Shown one piece after another: positions 54,144 to 56,471 of a stretch of DNA of 56,471 bases; the first letter of the stretch is position 1, and every line of letters begins with the position of its first letter. The notes under the pieces were generated by a model that was not told the origin of the DNA, searched no databases, and saw only the letters and a list, made by a program, of their open reading frames with translations. The position numbers and the translations under genes were made by a program. Source of the stretch: a virus. The stretch is taken from IMG/VR virus record IMGVR_UViG_3300045988_098109. The stretch is one strand, 5' to 3'.

Positions 54144-54581
54144 TTAATTGATTAGCCCTTTGATTCTTAACCGATTTACGATTTCGGTATAAAGATACTC
54201 TATATCCCCGCTGAAATCCCCATAATTCTGATAGAGAAACACGACATCAGCGCAGTTGTCGGAAATTGTACTCTTGGACTGAACCCCAAGTACCCTTGAC
54301 ATCTCTTCGCGTAACCCAGCTGTCATTTTCCCACCGGCAAGCGAACTTGGAGAAAACAGGTACAGGATAATGAAAATGAACTTCTTCCGCTGGGTAACAC
54401 TGTCAATATTCGGTGGACATCCTCTCTCATTCAGTAACTTAACAAATATTTTATAGATTTCATGGATAAGGCTTTTGTCTTTCAGAACCGGGGCAGTCAA
54501 GGCATTCTCTTCTTCTGAAAGTTCTGATTTCTCAATTCTAATCTTTTTAAGGCGAATTATTTTGTTAAAATCCAGTTCCAT
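54144..54581 (-). CDS. Hypothetical early protein
   Basis: 145-aa ORF. Confidence 0.5.
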   Translation of the reverse strand: MELDFNKIIRLKKIRIEKSELSEEENALTAPVLKDKSLIHEIYKIFVKLLNERGCPPNIDSVTQRKKFIFIILYLFSPSSLAGGKMTAGLREEMSRVLGVQSKSTISDNCADVVFLYQNYGDFSGDIEYLYTEIVNRLRIKGLIN

Positions 54582-54582
54582 A

Positions 54583-54629
54583 ACACGATTATTTTAAAAG
54601 TAAATAGTATATTTGCATCATAATCGTGT
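54583..54629. promoter_or_regulatory. Inverted repeat ACACGATTAT-N27-ATAATCGTGT
   Basis: Perfect 10-nt arms immediately upstream of the ATG at 54581. The spacer contains TATATTTG on the + strand. Confidence 0.45.
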
Positions 54630-54671
54630 AAGGAAGAGCTGATTCATGGTCGTGCGTGGGTTGGCTCTTTT

Positions 54672-54854
54672 TCATTCTTCCCCATTCGTGCTGACGAATG
54701 GTTTCTTTTCCAAATCATAGCAGGTGATATATACCCGTTTCCCATTAACATCACATAGAGCAAGGGCATATCCTTTCTCCAGTATTTTAACCGGCTGATT
54801 GTCGCAATAGACAGTACTTCCAACCGGAACTCTTATAAAATGACGTACTATCAT
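54672..54854 (-). CDS. Hypothetical early protein
   Basis: 60-aa ORF, coupled by ATGA. Confidence 0.45.
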   Translation of the reverse strand: MIVRHFIRVPVGSTVYCDNQPVKILEKGYALALCDVNGKRVYITCYDLEKKPFVSTNGEE

Positions 54855-54952
54855 TTGATTATCTTTAGCTTGTTATACCAGCGTGAAGAAAAAGGGAACC
54901 ACCCGATTAGGAATGATTCCCCGAAAATGGTTACTTTGTATAGTTTGCTCAT
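54851..54952 (-). CDS. 33-aa hydrophobic peptide
   Basis: MSKLYKVTIFGESFLIGWFPFSSRWYNKLKIIK with ATGA overlaps at both ends. It is conserved (inverted) at 466-540. Confidence 0.4.
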   Translation of the reverse strand: MSKLYKVTIFGESFLIGWFPFSSRWYNKLKIIK

Positions 54953-54954
54953 GG
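54854..54954. repeat. Second inverted-repeat block (partner 464-564)
   Basis: See 464-564. Confidence 0.9.
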
Positions 54955-55188
54955 ATTTTTCTTTTTAAGTATTTCAACACATTCCTTTATCCCATCATCG
55001 AAACCATGCTTATAGCCTTTAGTATATTCCCCTATAGTATATACCGCCATTGACAACACAAACAGGATGATACCTACAGGCTTATACCAACCGGGAAGTG
55101 ATATAGAAAACGGCTTAAATGTAATTGTGAGATCTCCGACCCATAATAGGGAAATAACACATATAATTGTAAATAATATTGTTTTCAT
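54949..55188 (-). CDS. Small membrane protein (2 TM)
   Basis: 79 aa with two hydrophobic helices. Confidence 0.5.
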   Translation of the reverse strand: MKTILFTIICVISLLWVGDLTITFKPFSISLPGWYKPVGIILFVLSMAVYTIGEYTKGYKHGFDDGIKECVEILKKKNP

Positions 55189-55197
55189 AATTTTCTC

Positions 55198-55455
55198 TTA
55201 TTGATTTAACTCTTTGTACCAATAAGGTTTCGGGAACCTATCAGAGAAGAATATCTTATTCACTTTTTCAATATAAACATCAGATGCTTCTGGCCATAAA
55301 TTCATCAGTTCATCCATGTCATTAACATAAGCGACTAAAATAAAAAATCTGTCATTCTCACCTGTACACCAGTATGGGTATTGAATGGGCCATATTAATG
55401 GACGATAATCTCCATCACATTTTTTCTTTTCTACAAAAAATCTTGCTCTAATCAT
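55198..55455 (-). CDS. Hypothetical early protein
   Basis: 85-aa ORF. Confidence 0.5.
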   Translation of the reverse strand: MIRARFFVEKKKCDGDYRPLIWPIQYPYWCTGENDRFFILVAYVNDMDELMNLWPEASDVYIEKVNKIFFSDRFPKPYWYKELNQ

Positions 55456-55457
55456 TT

Positions 55458-55604
55458 TTATATACTTTTACACATAGAACAAAATCTAAACCTTTTGCAA
55501 TCCACAGCATTCCTGTGATATCTATCTGCGCATGCAGCAAAGAAAGTGCAGTTATGACAATCTCTTTTAAATTTTTTCTTTTTCTTTACTTTAGGATATT
55601 TCAT
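55458..55604 (-). CDS. 48-aa Cys-rich basic protein
   Basis: MKYPKVKKKKKFKRDCHNCTFFAACADRYHRNAVDCKRFRFCSMCKSI. Below the ORF-track cutoff. Confidence 0.35.
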   Translation of the reverse strand: MKYPKVKKKKKFKRDCHNCTFFAACADRYHRNAVDCKRFRFCSMCKSI

Positions 55605-55625
55605 TTTTCACTCCTTTCTAATCAG

Positions 55626-56111
55626 TTATTCGTTAATTGGTAGTTTCATAAAGCACATCCACATAGTCTTGCCATGTCTTCCGGTGGTGTGACCGAACAA
55701 CGGCTGCCGTCCGATGGCTTTCAATACTTCTTTAACCGTTATCTGGTCTTCATTCCATTTGAAAATGAGAACGCCGTAATTTTCAAGTACTCGAAAGCAT
55801 TCATCAATTCCTTTTTTTATCACCCTTGGCCAATCTTCGGGAAGTTTACCATACTTCTTGGCCAACCAACTTTCTTTACCCACATTTAAAAGATGGGGCG
55901 GATCAAAGACTACCAGTTTAAAAGATTCATTTAGGAATGGCATATTGGTAAAATCAGATACAATATCCGGATGAACTTTCAGACTTCGACCGTCGCAAAG
56001 AGTATGCTCTTCATCTCTGATGTCAGTAAATAAGACCAAAGGGTTTTCTTTATCAAACCAAAACATCCTACTGCCGCAACAGGCATCTAATATGATTTTT
56101 GCTTCACTCAT
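55626..56111 (-). CDS. Small SAM-dependent (probable DNA N6A/N4C) methyltransferase
   Basis: 161 aa with ILDACCGS (motif I-like) and VVFDPPH (motif IV DPPY-like). Confidence 0.55.
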   Translation of the reverse strand: MSEAKIILDACCGSRMFWFDKENPLVLFTDIRDEEHTLCDGRSLKVHPDIVSDFTNMPFLNESFKLVVFDPPHLLNVGKESWLAKKYGKLPEDWPRVIKKGIDECFRVLENYGVLIFKWNEDQITVKEVLKAIGRQPLFGHTTGRHGKTMWMCFMKLPINE

Positions 56112-56112
56112 T

Positions 56113-56471
56113 TTATTTTTGTTTTACCTCCTTCCACTCACTTTCTATAATCACATGTTCACACTTATTACACCTATGCAAATAAGTTGGGAATGGTGCC
56201 GTTGTATAGTCCTCAACAGCTATTTCTATACTGCCACATTCCGGACATTCTATCTTTACCTCTTTGATACCGGGATAATCCCAAAAGGATAATTTGCCTT
56301 TCACGTCCTTAATTGGATTTTCGTAGAGAATAGGGTTAGCTAGTACCCAGTTATAAACTCCTTTCTCTGCCCAGATGGAAGGATGGTTTTGTACACAGTC
56401 TATTATCTCGACGCTTCCGATTATGGAGCCTGTACAAAAACTAAAATCTTTCCACTCTTTGTTTTCCGGTA
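56113..56471 (-). CDS. ASCH-like domain plus zinc-ribbon protein, 5'-truncated by the window edge
   Basis: A continuous frame runs from the window end: PENKEWKDF...IIDCVQNHPSIWAEKGVYNWVLANPILYENPIKDVKGKLSFWDYP...CPECG...CNKCE. Confidence 0.6.
   Translation of the reverse strand, partial: PENKEWKDFSFCTGSIIGSVEIIDCVQNHPSIWAEKGVYNWVLANPILYENPIKDVKGKLSFWDYPGIKEVKIECPECGSIEIAVEDYTTAPFPTYLHRCNKCEHVIIESEWKEVKQK
56121..56471. repeat. Right arm of terminal inverted repeat (partner 1-351)
   Basis: See 1-351. Confidence 0.95.

Noticed and set aside
1-56471. Genome-wide stop-codon reassignment (TAG or TGA as sense)
   Set aside because: All long genes are intact under the standard bacterial code. TAA, TGA and TAG each terminate well-defined genes (for example TAG ends the 1607-aa tape measure). 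Only isolated cases remain (99-101, 538-540, 37476-37478), and these are reported separately.

Overview
This 56.5-kb window is tailed-phage DNA with no recognisable host genes. The gene-start contexts (TAnnTTTG -7 boxes, weak Shine-Dalgarno signals) look Bacteroidota-like; that host assignment is an inference.

The window holds two different, apparently complete virion-gene units that converge on each other.
- Unit L (1-23.05 kb, + strand) carries two ParB-like genes, TerS, TerL, tail-like genes, a tape-measure-like protein, a Mor-like HTH protein, a ClpP-type protease/scaffold, a capsid, a portal-like protein, a 1227-aa fibre and a small receptor-binding-tip gene.
- Unit R (23.15-56.47 kb, - strand) carries an early operon of small ORFs, a repressor-type switch, HicAB, a tRNA, an ASCH protein, a PAPS-reductase-like plus ParB-like pair, TerS, an intein-containing TerL, a portal, HigBA, a scaffold, a capsid, connectors, a major tail protein, G/GT chaperones, a 1607-aa tape measure, Dit, an 1811-aa Tal/fibre and a small receptor-binding-tip gene.
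- The two units use unrelated packaging and head genes. They share near-identical inverted copies of the outermost early genes: 1-351 pairs with 56121-56471, and 464-564 pairs with 54854-54954. They also share a mosaic fibre/host-recognition module.

The most unusual features are:
1. At the convergence point, eight copies of a 12-nt core, CTGGGAG(A/G)ACTG, lie four on each strand. Each marks the 5' edge of an alternative C-terminal cassette of the small tip gene. Six of these cassettes are silent and have no start codon. This layout resembles a multi-site shufflon, but no recombinase is present in the window.
2. A 309-aa class-1 intein sits in the TerL nuclease motif. Its central part is dual-coded by a complete HNH endonuclease ORF in another reading frame.
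3. A tRNA has an initiator (fMet)-type acceptor stem but a non-CAU anticodon.
4. The major tail protein has a PEGA/Ig-like extension that is in frame behind its TGA stop.
5. Unit R contains several families of conserved intergenic palindromes and hairpins.

No integrase, reverse transcriptase, CRISPR array, endolysin or holin could be recognised.
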